A DNA stretch of 32,082 bases from Phoronis australis (GCA_002633005.1 NMRA01001228.1:5606-37687), one strand, 5' to 3'. Numbered from the stretch's first letter, positions 11,287-23,465 are shown. Numbers and translations are program-made. Notes: generated by a model not told the origin, from the letters alone.

Positions 11287-12830
11287 ATGAAACGAATGCC
11301 AAAATACCTTTTATTGTCAATTAAACTTGTAATTTTAATTAACTTTGGTCAGACAATGGTGGGTGTTAATGAAGGAGATCACACAGAGAAGTCAAGCTAT
11401 GCAAGAACTAATTTAATGTCAGTGGTGATTTGAATACCAAGCGGTAACGTGTTGCCATGTTTTGTGCACACATGCCTATGGATTTGACATTTAAGCACAT
11501 TTCCTCATCATTTAAACCTTATTCGATATCTATCACGAATCATTGTGAGCTGATATTGGCCTACATAACATTCTGATGGCTGGTAACTGGTGTGAGATTG
11601 ACCATTCGCAGGTAAATGTTTACCCGACAGTTTCCTATAGCCACAGACGTAGGTTCGTAAACTAAAGCATAAGATTGTCCTAAACTAGAGTCTGGAGCAA
11701 ATAATACGATAAAGCACAACTCGTAGAACACCCCGTTGTGATCCTCGCTGACACGATGAGAGCCCGGATGTGAGAAGAATATAGGTCTTCGCTCTATACA
11801 TACGTATATATCTATATACGCATTCCGCGATGCACAACTAAACAAGATGATCGATTAACCACAGTTGCTAGATTTTAATGTTTTACTGTGACATTGTAGG
11901 CCATGGTTATTACTTTCAATACGCACTTATGACTCTAAAAATTCTGAATATTTGAAATGATACACAACATACAAACCGTATACATGAAGCACCTCCGACA
12001 CAGGAAAATTCAACAAGCGGCTTTGGATATTTTGTACCTTTGTTAAGGTTACGTTTCTTTTCGGTGTATCACATAAATATCCGTTTGGTTTGATTTTTAA
12101 CCAAACTCGAGACCAACAACTTTGAAGTTATATTTCGTCATGTTTAGCTTGCTAAAACAGCAAAACTACAATTAGACTTTTTACTCTTAATATCAGGTTA
12201 ATCCTTCCGTGCCGTGATAGGATTATGTTTCGGTTATCAGCTTAAATCACGGGCAAGCCTATATGTACTATTTTCGAATTCGCAATTTCAGGGTTGGACA
12301 ATAAACTCTAACTGTTTTTTCGAGTCCCTGATGGTTTCGATGCTCTTGTTGGTAACAGAAACTCTCAATATATGACACTGATTTGATGAGACTAAAAGGT
12401 CCAATTCAATTTTTGTTTTTAAGCTATCTTAACAGGGTGAAATGGACCTTTAAAGAACATGACTGGCATCCAAAATGTGATGTAAATCAGTTTAAATGCT
12501 CCTTTTCGTTTTAACTTATATTTTGTCACGTCTCACGTGACAGATATATAAAATATATCGGAGTAACAGGTGGAGATTATCACGATCGTATTTTTAAATA
12601 TCTTTGAAGCAGGATTAGAGAGAACTACTCGATTAGTTTGGCGGTAAAATTGATATGCACTAAACACAACTATGAGGACGGATTTACGCTAAAATATGTT
12701 ACGACACCTGGCGTGCCCGTATAACATAACGTGTACGTAACAGAATCAAGGAACCATGTCAAAACTATTATCATAAAAGCCTTGATTGAAATTTAGCCTT
12801 CTGGCAAACAACTCACTGCAACATAAGTTC
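11287..12830 (+). pseudogene. Decayed iGluR/IR-like gene (copy C): signal peptide, ATD and start of S1
   Basis: Hydrophobic leader MKRMPKYLLLSIKLVILINFG (from 11287), ITNHCELI (11532), RQFPIATD (11625), VILADTMRARM* (11738-11773; TGA where W is expected), KRLWIFC...IFNQTRDQQL (12015-12122), FDAL (~12336), KNMTGI (12453), S1-like TLKYVTTPGVP (12686-12718). Confidence 0.6.
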
Positions 12831-12876
12831 TTGCTGCTAGTGTAATGATTAGTGGTTAGTGCTTAAAAAGTACTGC

Positions 12877-13000
12877 TACTGCTACTACCGCTATCTACTG
12901 CTGGTGATACTGCTACTACCGCTATCTACTGCTGGTGATACTGCTACTACCGCTATCTACTGCTGGTGATACTGCTACTACCGCTATCTACTGCTGGTGA
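12877..13000. repeat. Minisatellite, 4 x 31 bp
   Basis: TACTGCTACTACCGCTATCTACTGCTGGTGA repeated four times without mismatch. Confidence 0.95.
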
Positions 13001-13099
13001 TACTGCTGCTGATACCATTGCTACTTTTGCTACTACTACTACTGCAATTGCCGCCTCTGTCATTGCTACTATTACTACTATTACCACTATTACCACTAT

Positions 13100-13187
<88 letters not shown>

Positions 13188-13480
13188 ACCACCCCTACCG
13201 CAATGATACTGCCGCTACTGCTACAACGACTATTACGGCTACTGCTGACATTCTATCTAATGCTGTAACAGCTGCTGCCGATGACACTGGTTTTGCAGCC
13301 ATCAGGTACAACTCTGATTCTACTGCTGTTGTTACTACTGTCATTGCCCATGTTCGTTGCTACTGCTGCTGACCTTTTGTTGCTACCGTCACTGCAACTG
13401 CTTCTACAACTGCATCTGTTCCAATTGCTGAAATGGTGCTGCTAATGCTGGTAGTGTGCTTAATGCTACTTCCGCTGATA
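13001..13480. repeat. (CTG)n/(CTA)n microsatellite and degenerate triplet tract
   Basis: About 27 CTG units at 13105-13187 with one TTG interruption, flanked by ACT/GCT-rich degenerate triplets. Confidence 0.9.
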
Positions 13481-13684
13481 AAACATCATTTGGAACATGT
13501 TTTTTTTAAATTGACAGTATTTTGTTTATATCACAGATCTAATAAACGTGGGTTAAAATGCGTGTGTATAAATATGTAATTCTTAAAACCACGTGGAAAT
13601 GTGTAATGTATGTATGTGGTCCGCACGCTTCCTGTGGCCACATCACGTGCCCTAATAAATGTCTGAAAAGATTTCTGTTAAAAA

Positions 13685-13748
13685 GGGACTCGAACCGGGT
13701 AGTTCTGCTAACCGTGTAGACGCTCTACTCCACTGAGCCATCGGGACC
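13685..13748 (-). mobile_element. tRNA-derived (SINE-like) head
   Basis: Reverse complement GGTCCCGATGGCTCAGTGGAGTAGAGCG...GGTTCGAGTCCC has a Pol III A box (TGGCTCAGTGG) and B box (GGTTCGAGTCC). The 3' acceptor arm is missing and the anticodon arm is imperfect. Confidence 0.6.
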
Positions 13749-14010
13749 TCCGTTCGAATGCAGAAATCCAATTATCGGTAAACGTAGTAGTGGACATCTT
13801 GCCCTTGAACTCATGTGTGTATACTGTACATGTAGGTCTACGTGACAAAACTGAAGAGCATGTGACTTAAACATTTTTCACGTAGTCGTCCTCATTTCAT
13901 CTTCAATGCAACAAAACCAATGAGTTATATCTATCTCATTGAACAAAACACTCAAGTCACATGTAATACGGAAAACATAGCAGATACGATAGTTGTCGTA
14001 TAGTGGAACT

Positions 14011-14185
14011 GATGATGAGGATGCCGATGATAATGGTGACAATAATTATTATGATGATGATGTAAATGACATTATCGATGATGATGATGATGATGGATGA
14101 TGATGATGATGATGATGATGATGGATGATGATGATTATGATGAAGATGATGATGATGATGATGATGATGGTGAAGATGATGATGA
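14011..14185. repeat. (GAT)n microsatellite
   Basis: Long imperfect GAT runs. Confidence 0.9.
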
Positions 14186-14369
14186 CCTTGTTATTCTGTT
14201 ATTTCCGAACCAATTAGTGCAGTTGTAATCATGTGAAAGTGAAAAAATTCAATCAGAAACCATAAGCTCAATATGTTGATTTCAATAAGACTTGATTTGA
14301 AATAGCATCCATTAACTATATTTACCGAAAAATCAACTGTATACTTTTACAGATGTTCAGATCAATGCT

Positions 14370-15040
14370 ATACATTTATTGACCTTCACCGAGGTAAACT
14401 TGTTGGTTTTCAGACTTCAGAAATGTGAAAACGACCGGTCACACTTTTGAGGTCTGAAAACAGTCAATAAGTGTTTTATTGTATGACAGCATCAACTTAG
14501 TAATGCATGGAAGGAGGCAATCTTTGGCTTTCGATCGTCTATCGATCACGTGTTCGGTCAGTTAGGTACCAGTTTTTTTAACGTTGTGGAGAAGATTTTG
14601 AAAAAATCCAGGAAAGTCTCTGATTGGGCAAACGAACGTCCAATTATATTTTTGGAAAAAATATTATGTTTTGTGGTCATACCACGCGCGTTTTTAATGC
14701 AAAACAGTCGACAAGAGTCATTTTGTGATATAACAATGATTGCAATCTACGTGTCCGTATTCTCTACGTTTACGCGCTAAAGTCCGCGCAAATATCGTTA
14801 TTGCGTCAGTAAACATTCCCAGGTGTTCCATCGAAACAGGAACCCCGGTGAAAGCAGATATTAACGCACCTTCAAAACAGCTAACAAGCCCGAAAAAACA
14901 CGAGCCTTGACCTTTAAAACAGGAGATCCGAGGACCGAAACACCACCATCTCCTGCACTTTCTGTCAAACATTGTTTGATGAAAAATAAATCTTTCTACT
15001 TTAATTAGTTGTTGTGATATGTTGTTTTACTATATGAGAA
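14370..15040. mobile_element. Non-autonomous element with terminal hairpin (family uncertain)
   Basis: 23-bp stem 14406-14428/14439-14461 (20/23 paired) inside an outer stem 14372-14383/14463-14474. TGTTTTA(T/C)T(G/A)TATGA occurs at ~14472 and ~15025. Confidence 0.4.
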
Positions 15041-15093
15041 TTTTAGACAGCTTATGACGGATTGGTGTTCTACGGTATTCTGCTGCTAAAGTT

Positions 15094-15460
15094 GTGGTGC
15101 TATCTTTTGCGTTGTCTTTCGGTGCCATAAAAGATTGCATCACCTATTGGCCAGTTTCTTTTTTCCCTAATTCTTCACTGAATCAACTGTTCTTCTTCCA
15201 CGAGGTTGCATATATGTCACAACAAATTAATCAACACTGGCACTCGAAAATAGAAATAATATTTCGTTTTTCATTTTCGAAAATATTTTTGGAGAAACTA
15301 ATGAATAATCTGAAATTAAATAAATATTCACGAAGATAACAACGTGTTGAGAATGTAGATTATGTTGAAATTCGCCTACAGACAAGCTGCACGAGTTTCA
15401 CCGATAAAAACAAATGACAACGTCAATATAATAAAAGTTACGTTTTATTATTGACAAGCA
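15094..15460 (+). pseudogene. Possible iGluR/IR-like ATD remnant (copy K)
   Basis: AYMSQQINQHWHSKIEIIF...FLEKLMNNL (ORF 15094-15339), then RFIIDK (15441-15458). Confidence 0.35.
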
Positions 15461-15485
15461 TCGTCATTTGGAGTAACAAAGTATT

Positions 15486-16598
15486 ATGAGTTACTTTTGG
15501 AGCGAGGACGGGAGAAATGAATTTAATAATTTCGTTTCAGTGATTATTTTGTATATTGTGTATAAAACAGTGGAAGTAGGCAGGTGTGTAAACGATGTCA
15601 TCTCGAGTTTATGTAATTATTTAGTGGGGTTGGTAATGTTATGTTTGTATCAACGGAAAAACGGCATAATAGTCAAGACCATGGCGGTTGTAAATGGTTC
15701 GATTCCGAGCTAAAGCAATGAAACGAACAAAATGGAAGCTTTTAGAAGCATTTCACTGCGATAGAAACGAAGCCTCATGAAACAAAAACATTGGTATCAA
15801 GAAAGTATTTAAAGAAAGGAAATAAGGACATATAGATAAAAGACTCGTGAAAAGGTTATTAAAGTGAATAAATCAATCGACTCGAATACGTTTTGGTGAT
15901 TAATAATAAAAAACTCACAAAAGTCATCCCCCAAACTGCAAATAGCCTGTGACGAGTGGGTTGAATATTTCAGCTTCTTTTTGAATGCTGAACATAAAAA
16001 TTCTGAATTTTATTTGATCAGCAGGTGGAGAATTCAACGGATACATTAAGAGTACTAAATGTTAGCCGAGATGAAAGAGCTACTGTACTAAATAGAGACA
16101 TCACGGAAAAGATTGGGGAAGCAATAAATGTTATGAAAATTGGTAAGAGCCCAGGTGAAGATGGAGTACCGATTGATTTTTTTAAACTAAACTAGCCTTA
16201 AATAAGGTTTAACATTTAATGTGCAAGCTTTTCAATAAAATTCTCTCCAGTGCAAATTTTCCTGAGAAGTGGACAACAAGCCTCTTATTACCTTTTGTGT
16301 TTAGAGGATGAGCCATCAGAGCCTGGCAATTATGGAGGAATCACGTTGTTTTCACCTGTCTTAAACAGAAGACTGGCAGCATGAGTAGAGGAAAGCAAAG
16401 TTGTTGTAGAAGAGAAGACTGGCTTTAGAAAAAAGTATTCTACAGGTCATAATATGTTAACACTAAATAGCCTGGTTGAGAAATATTTGTCAAGAAAAAA
16501 TCAAACCCATTTTATTGTGCCTTTATTAACTTTAGCAAAGCATTTGATTTGATGGATAGATCTAAACTGTTTTATATTTTAATATCAAATGGTGTCTC
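15486..16598 (+). mobile_element. APE-type LINE ORF2 fragment (CR1/L2/RTEX-like), tether + N-terminal RT
   Basis: KWFDSE, DEWVEYF, MKIGKSPGEDGVPIDFFK, KLFNKILSSANFPEKW, PGNYGGITL, TGFRKKYST, FYCAFINFSKAFDLMDR. Multiple stops and frameshifts. Confidence 0.85.
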
Positions 16599-17959
16599 GT
16601 TAGGGGCATGCTCTTTTTAATCACTGTCCATAAAGCAAGTCGCTGAAGCCCACGGACTATGTTATGAACGCTTTTCATAATAGAAAATAATTTCCTTCCT
16701 CAAACCTTAGTAAACATGTGTGTCAAATAGTCATGAATTTAGACATGGCTGGCCACCTTTTCCGAAATTGTACCACTTCGTATTTTTTTATCCGCACTCT
16801 GTCTTTCAATTATTGGACAGGGACCAATTGCTTTCGTGGCAATGGAAGACTCCGACTGAGTACAGGACCGAACCTATGAACTAAGACTTGACTCATACTC
16901 AGAGTCCCGCCACATTATTTGAGTACAACTTTGTAAGTTTGCTCGAAGCATGACGCGCCATAGGCGAAGTTCTGAGTTCAGTTTAGAGAACATATATTAA
17001 TCATCGGGAACGAATTTTGAGAGTTACTCAGCATAAATATTTGGTAGTAAGCATAAAGGAAATGCCCCTTTAAATGAGCATATTAAGTTTTCGTTGTTCG
17101 AACAAGAGACTTAATTGTAAATAGTCGACATCAACTAGGTAGCTCTAACTCCGGCCACAACTCCTTTCACAGAGGGTGGTATGAAGCTCAGGCGAACTAG
17201 TTTGAGGCTGAAGTTAAACTGGCCGTGTAGCAGTGTTCAAATTGTGTCCTCACTAAAAAATAATCGGGTCTCGAGAAGTTAAACTTCACCGCAATAGTAC
17301 AGGTGCAGTTCACTGATTTGCAACTCTATGACGTGTGTGATGACACGCAAGTGGTGATTATAAAGGCCACCTACAATGTGGACCGAGGTATATGTACTTA
17401 AAAGAAGCGTAAACAAGTGTAACTGGCAATCAATGGACTTTTTATTTCATTTTCATCACTACTTGCAGATACCTGAAACAGTTCTTTAACGTTTAGCCGC
17501 CAAAAATCATTATCATAACATTCTTCACAGTGACGCATCTTAATTGTTGCGACATATTTTGTCGTACTCGACTCGTATAGAGAGCTTTAGAGTCTATGAA
17601 AAACTGTTACGCATAATTTCACTTTAATGTATAACACCACGTGACCGGTATTTACGACATTGCCATAAGGCGGTAAACGTAAAAAAATCTACGCGTAAAA
17701 TACCAGTGAAACAAAATTTATAAGAATGAAAAGTTTACCTTGTAAAAAATCCAATTCATTACAATGGCTGCCATTCCACCACAACATCAAAATATTCCGC
17801 TTTTTGACAACGGCGAAATTGACAAAAACACCGTCGGGCACTTTTGGATGTTAAGTCTCCCGTTCGACAAAAAACGTTGTCAGGACCTTTTGGTGTGTTG
17901 CGGCGAACATTTCACCTTTGCATTTTGGCTCAGATCCACCGGTTTCTCATCTCGAATGT

Positions 17960-18310
17960 TGACCGGGACAAGTATCCAACAGTTGTTCAAAGTAAAGTTT
18001 CTTTTCTCTTTCTTTTGAAAATTGTTATTTTCTAGAGTCCTCTTTTTAGTAAAATAACAATTGTAAAACTGTGTTCCAATGTCTCTTGTTTACGGCAAAA
18101 TTCACGACATGTATCAGGATCACAAATTTTAATTTCTGAAGAAATGAGTTGATAACGTTGTAATGAGCTATCCACTGCACATATCAAAGTTACGTAATAG
18201 ATGTTTGCCCAATTTTTTATTAGAAAACTTTTATCTTCAAATTTTGGATAGAAAGTTGGAGTAATTAGTTTATGTATCACGTTTTTTGTAAATGTTGGCT
18301 GCATCCTGCA
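17960..18310 (-). mobile_element. L1/Tx1-like LINE, 3' zinc-knuckle region
   Basis: NWANIY...DSSLQRYQ...DTCREFCRKQETLEHSF matches the C-x-FC...ETLEH..C pattern. May extend to ~18720. Confidence 0.6.
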
Positions 18311-19430
18311 TTTTTACAGAAGAATATAATTGTATGAAATGGGTCCTAAGGTCTAATTAATTCATAAAGATGTATTATTTTGGATGAATATCAGACACAA
18401 TTTTTTGCAGCAACTGTGAGAGTCATTATTCTAAAATCTTTGTCTTTATAGGATAGAAATCTTTTAAATCATTGAAATTATTTCCCAGTTCATTTATATA
18501 ACCTCTCTGGTTCATTTCCTTTTCATGTTACTGATACGCTCTGTTACTTTTGGCATTTTGGTAACACTTTTGGTTTTTGGAATTAAAAAATTATTTTAGA
18601 CCTGTCGGGAATGCGAACTGATAATTACTTATTAATTAAATTATATATCTTTTGCTTCTGGTATAATCGTACACCATCAAGAATTGATAAAGGGCTTCCT
18701 AATCATGCGAGTTCTATGCCATTTGGTTGAAAAACGACTGAGTTGCAAAAAAATTTCGTGACAGGAAATTTGATAGCGACAACCAATACCGTAACAAACG
18801 AATGCAAACAAATTCCACGCATGCGCAGCGCAACCTCAACAGCACGAGATCGAAGTTGGCATTCCAGAGCTAGAGATTTATGGTAAAAGTAAAAGTAAAC
18901 GAAAAAAATCTAAATTCCGGGTGACAAGCTATTACGAGTGCGACAATATATGCCGTCAACATTGACACATGATATTGTCGTCCGTGCCAGGTTAACTGAA
19001 GCGTCAAGTGACGATTTTTCCACTAACTACCATTTGAAAGAATATATCAAAATTAGCATGAACATATGAGTGCTGATGAAGCCACAGATATTTTTCCTAA
19101 AATTTATGTTATCTCATGGTGATAACATAAGTAAATTCAAATTAAGTGCCTCTCTAACGGCGACCGCAAATGTAGCGCCTATTAAGTCCATGCAACTGTG
19201 TGCGAAGCTGTGTCTGCATTCGATTTTAAGCGCATGCGCCTTTACATGAAAAGTTTCAGTAGAACCAAGAAGTACGATAAACTTCTATATATTACCAAAG
19301 GTTCGAGTAATCTGTTATAGTAAAGGATGATTTCAATACAAGATTAAGCAATGAAATGATATGTACTAACGTAGACTACAGTACATGGACCACCAACTCA
19401 GTATACTTTCAATGGACGAAATCTGCCTCC

Positions 19431-19570
19431 CGTTCAGTAAAGCTAGGACCTCGCTAAAAAGCAAGACTTCGCGAGATTACGTGATATGTTGCCGTGAATT
19501 TTAAATGAGAACACGTGACTTTGGCTAGATTTTAGCTAGGTCCTAGCGTAGGTCCTAGCGTTACTGAACG
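19431..19570. mobile_element. Short MITE
   Basis: TIRs CGTTCAGTAAAGCTAGGACCT (19431-19451) and AGGTCCTAGCGTTACTGAACG (19550-19570), 20/21 match. TAGGTCCTAGCG is tandemly duplicated at the right end. Confidence 0.75.
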
Positions 19571-20806
19571 CACGCCCGGGCTCTTACAGAAGGCCTGACG
19601 TCATTATTCACTGGCGACACCTGGCAAAATTGACAAGTTTTATTTCGGGCAAGTACGCCGTCTGCTAATCATGGTCGGCCGTTGTGTCGTCACAATACCC
19701 TACCCGGAAACTGAAACAGATAATTTAGGAGAGTGGCGCCTCCTCTAGGATAGTACGCAAGAAAATGTCGGAGTTGTGAATCTGTTGTCTGTAATCTATG
19801 GTTCCAACGACTTCCTGTCCCCATTAGCGAAACTTAGGCCCATGTGCAGTGTTTCTAAAATAAGTGCATGGAACCATATTCTATGTGAAATAAGGAAACA
19901 CCCAAAACAAACTGGAGCAGTATTAAAACATATATACCAAAGGGAAGCCTTAGAAAGGCTCTATAACTTAACAAAAGCCTAAGAATAGAGAATTCCTGCT
20001 GTCATCGAAATACAGTAGCGTATTTCGATTTCGTGCTCGTTTACGGTTTCATGGTAATCAGAGTTTTGCTAACTTGCACGACATCAGCTAACGAGATAAC
20101 ATGTATAATGGATGTCGCATTGCTTGCTGAAGATAATGTAAATTTCTTCTGTGACGTTAATTCGGACTTGCTGACAAATGGAATAACCTTTCTAGATGGG
20201 AGAACTAGTTTGCCTTACGAAAACCCAAATGCAAGACGTTATCTGCGATATCACTGCTCTAAACATTAACATAATACAAACATGTAATGCATAAGAAATT
20301 AGATGAGATGGGATAAAGAGTGGATAAAATAAGGAAATAGAAGATAATAGTTTATTTATTTCACGTGCAATTGTCAATTTTTGCTACAAACACTGAATGA
20401 GCTATGTGATGTTGGGTGCACACGTTGTAGTTTGGTAAATATTAGAGATAATGAAGATTATAGGGCGATTTATTAATTAACACACATTTAAACTTTTACG
20501 GAGACTTAACGGATTTTCCCTAAGACACAACGAATCCATACGTTGCTATGTGAAGGGATAGTGAGATTTCTACAAAACACGCTCGCTGAAATACCAAAAC
20601 TTATTCACACTAACATAATTAACCACCGTTCCGTCAAAGAAACTAAATTTTGATTTACTTACTTGGCTTCAGCTTGTTCCTTACACGAACGAGAAGAGAT
20701 TTTTAGTCCTGCACGCAACTGAAAGTTTGTTATTCCTTAAGACTTTGAAGAGCGTGCATGAAAAGAATCCTACACTGACACTCGATCGGTTCGCGAACTT
20801 AAAATC

Positions 20807-21895
20807 CGCCGCTAGCTTAAAAAAATCATCCAGCTTTATCTGATGTTATCATTTTCTGGAGATTAACTTGTGTAATCTAGCACGAAATTCCCCATCATAA
20901 ACATGGTTGTAAACACTGGGGGCGACAATAGTATTTTCAAATTTTCCTTTTGAAAGTTTTTAAATAGCATGTTTGAATAGTTCGTGAAAGGTACACGTGA
21001 TAAGGTTTTTGAATTTTGAAAAGTGGACAATAAATGTGACTTTTAACTTAAAACTAGAAAGTAGTCCACAGTCCGTATTTTCTTCCACCCGCTGAACTGC
21101 TGTGCATGCAACATAATGGGCCAATAGCGGATTTGCAGCGACGCCATATTGAAATTAGATTAAAATGGTGCATTGTGGGTGCTGTGGTCAGGATTCAGAA
21201 AGCGGCCATAGTAAAAAGCATAATACGCGGTATGAGCGCGAAGAAAACTTACGGCGGATACATTTGGTGTAATCATGGCTGCTTCAAAAACAACAAGAGA
21301 GATAAAAATCTGAATTTTTATGTGTTTCCTGCAAAGCAAGAACTTCGTGAAAAATGGATAAACAACATTAGGAGAGCTGGGAGTAAGGGGAGATTTAGCG
21401 CATTCAAACCAACGCGGGGCCATCTTGTAGGCAACACGTAGCCCCTCGGTTGGCCATATAGGGGCTACAATATTTCCATTCGCTTTCTGTACTCATTTCG
21501 TTACTTCAGTGTATTTTAAACGGGCCGTGACCGGATTTGGGTTACCGATTTCGAGTTTTCACCTCGTCAAAAANCGCCGATATCTTCAAAAAATCATCCA
21601 GCTTTAGCTGATGTTATCATTTTCTGGGGATTAACTTGGGTAATCTAGCACGCAATTGCCCATCATAAACATGGTTGTAAACATTGGGGGCGACAATGGT
21701 ATTTTCAAATTTTCCTTTTGGAAGATTTTAAATAGCATGTTTGAATAGTTCGTGAAAGGTACACGTGATAAGGTTTTTGAATTTTGAAAAGTGGACAATA
21801 AATGTGACTTTTATAACTTAAAACTAGAAAGTAGTCCACAGTCCGTATTTTCTTCCGCCCGCTGAACTGCTGTGCATGCAACATAATGGGCCAAT
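20807..21895. repeat. ~320-bp direct repeat (20807-21125 / 21575-21895), probably an assembly overlap of two haplotypes
   Basis: The second copy begins exactly after the only N (21574). About a dozen mismatches, nearly all in the first ~150 bp after the N. Confidence 0.9.
21126..21573 (+). mobile_element. THAP-containing DNA transposon, left part (ISL2EU/Harbinger-like), cut by the N gap
   Basis: Begins ...CCAAT|AGCGGATTTGC. 21232-21426 encodes MSAKKTYGGYIWCNHGCFKNNKRDKNLNFYVFPAKQELREKWINNIRR...FKPTRGH, a THAP finger lacking its final C-x-x-HF. Confidence 0.7.
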
Positions 21896-22313
21896 TACCA
21901 AAGGTCATAAACAACAGCTGGAAATTGAGGAAAGTCCAGCTAAGTAACATCGTACAATTCTGGGCATGTGGTCTAGAGCAATGACGGCGGAATTGTTACT
22001 TCTTTCCGAGTCCAGAAGTTGCGCCAGTTTCGACTAAGGAATAATTTGACGCCAAGTTTATAAAGGCAAGTGGTCTAAAACAACAAACGATTTGAGACGG
22101 AAGATGGGTCGGTGGAAGATTCAAACGAAACATATAAAATAGTTCTAAGACTTGATTAAGTCAACACAACTTGTGACACAACACTTAGGCAAGAGTCACG
22201 TGGTCATGTGTTGGAGGTTTATCATACCCTACTCCATAAATGTTAGTGAGCAGTGAAAGTGCATATCTAAAACATCCTTTTTATGGCATAAGCCTTGAAT
22301 CTTATTACTGTCA

Positions 22314-22714
22314 CTGTATTGCCGCGCCATTAGGCAATGTGCGTCTGTGCGGAACTGCGCCAATATGCGAACTTCTTGAGTAAAGAAAGTTCGCGAAAAA
22401 GGCATCATTTCGGATACAGGCTCATGGGCCTAAAGGCGTAGCAATACGGTAATGCAAAACTATTAACCAAATTTCTTGAAAATACGCCACGGAACTCCAA
22501 AGATACAGAGGCAAAACGTAAAAAATGCCCTTATTAGGCAGAACTTTTGTCAACACGGATGCTCCTACTTGCGAAATAATGTATGTGTCTATACAGGGGA
22601 AATTGCCTGGGGTTATATGCGAAACTTAAGCGCATGCGCCAATACGCGAGAGAACGCCACTAAAAAGGCATTATTTCGGATATAGGCCCATGGGCTTAAA
22701 GGCCCTGCAATACG
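22314..22714. mobile_element. pogo/Tc1-like MITE with a duplicated right end
   Basis: Left end CTGTATTGCCGCGCCATTAGGC and right end GGCCTAAAGGCGTAGCAATACGG|TA (ends 22449). A second 53-bp copy of the right end lies at 22662-22714. Confidence 0.55.
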
Positions 22715-22789
22715 ATTTGTACTATTGGGATACATATCATGCGAAACTTAAATCTATGTTCAAACTTCGACACTGTTACTATGCCTCCG

Positions 22790-23330
22790 ACCACAACAAA
22801 CGACTTCCAGGAATACGAGGATCAGCTGGATACAGATTGGAAATGATTGGCAGTAAGTTACCTGCACTGGCTTTTCATTCCCGGTCCATAGAAGGCATTT
22901 CAACACCTAACCATTCCTAGATCTGGAGGTACAATATATGACGCCGACGAACATGTAGGAAGAAGTGCACCAGGCTGAACTGGTACTGTGTAATTGTAAT
23001 AGCTTTCACACAGAATTTCTCAAAGCTGAGAAAGTGACACCATGGCGAGGGTAGACAGAACCACCGTCTTCGCAGGATGAGCGTTGCCAGCTCAGGGTTT
23101 CCACTGTACAGCCCTTCACATTTCTAATGAGCATGTCCAGAAGCACAAAAAGTCGGCGTGAACCCACGAGACATTAGTAGTGTATGTACAACCGAAGGGG
23201 GTGATGTTATCTGTCTTTCCGTGGAGTCGGGAGGGAGGCGACTGCTTGTATGGCGAATGGCTGGGTGGTTGGACACGATTTTGTTGCATGCCTTGGGTGC
23301 AGAAGTCAGCCTGGAAATGCCAGATTTTTA
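22790..23330 (-). mobile_element. Academ-like transposase C-terminal remnant
   Basis: HTSSRL/RLHGK (GCDTTSRL.G.GK-like), LYSG, LLPT, YLQI*EWLG..P.MDRE*K...LLPI...PA.P..FLEVVCC resemble the LPPT...YQ..EW...P..WGW...L.P...AP..LL..I.C pattern. Confidence 0.55.
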
Positions 23331-23465
23331 CGCTTTGTGTAGATCATCAACTAATCTACAGTATAGCACACAACACGACCGGGCCATGTCATAAACCCAA
23401 TTCACGCCGACAGGAGGCGCGTTTCAAAACGAGGCTCGCTACGATAGGTCTGTTAGCTTAACGAC

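Larger units (their letters stand above)
20033..22313 (+). pseudogene. Decayed iGluR/IR-like gene (copy D): leader, ATD, probable S1 and pre-M1; interrupted at 21126-21895
   Basis: Signal-like leader (ORF 20033), LDEMG (20299), LLQTLNELCDVGCTRCSLVNIRDNEDYRAIY (20381-20473), RIHTLLCEGIVRFL (~20530-20572), FVKGTRDKVFEF (~20981). Weaker S1/M1 traces: ELLLLS..ASFD (21990), FIIPY (22218), *ILLLS (22296). 20189-20620 is DNA-homologous to 27938-28328 (reverse). Confidence 0.6.

Noticed and set aside
11287-12400. LRR ectodomain (ELILAY.NI, LKILNI)
   Set aside because: Isolated short matches; the ATD/S1 interpretation explains more motifs collinearly.
12953-13268. Poly-Ala/poly-Leu ORFs
   Set aside because: Artefacts of the CTG/CTA microsatellite, open in several frames.
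13685-13748. Functional tRNA gene
   Set aside because: No 3' acceptor-stem arm, and the anticodon stem and loop are non-canonical.
19776-19982. Possible LINE 3' remnant on the minus strand (KFR...GTG..W) or a short plus-strand ORF
   Set aside because: Too few conserved residues to support either call.
20807-21895. LTR pair or TRIM flanking a THAP ORF
   Set aside because: No TG..CA ends, PBS or TSD; the second copy starts at the N gap, indicating a contig overlap.
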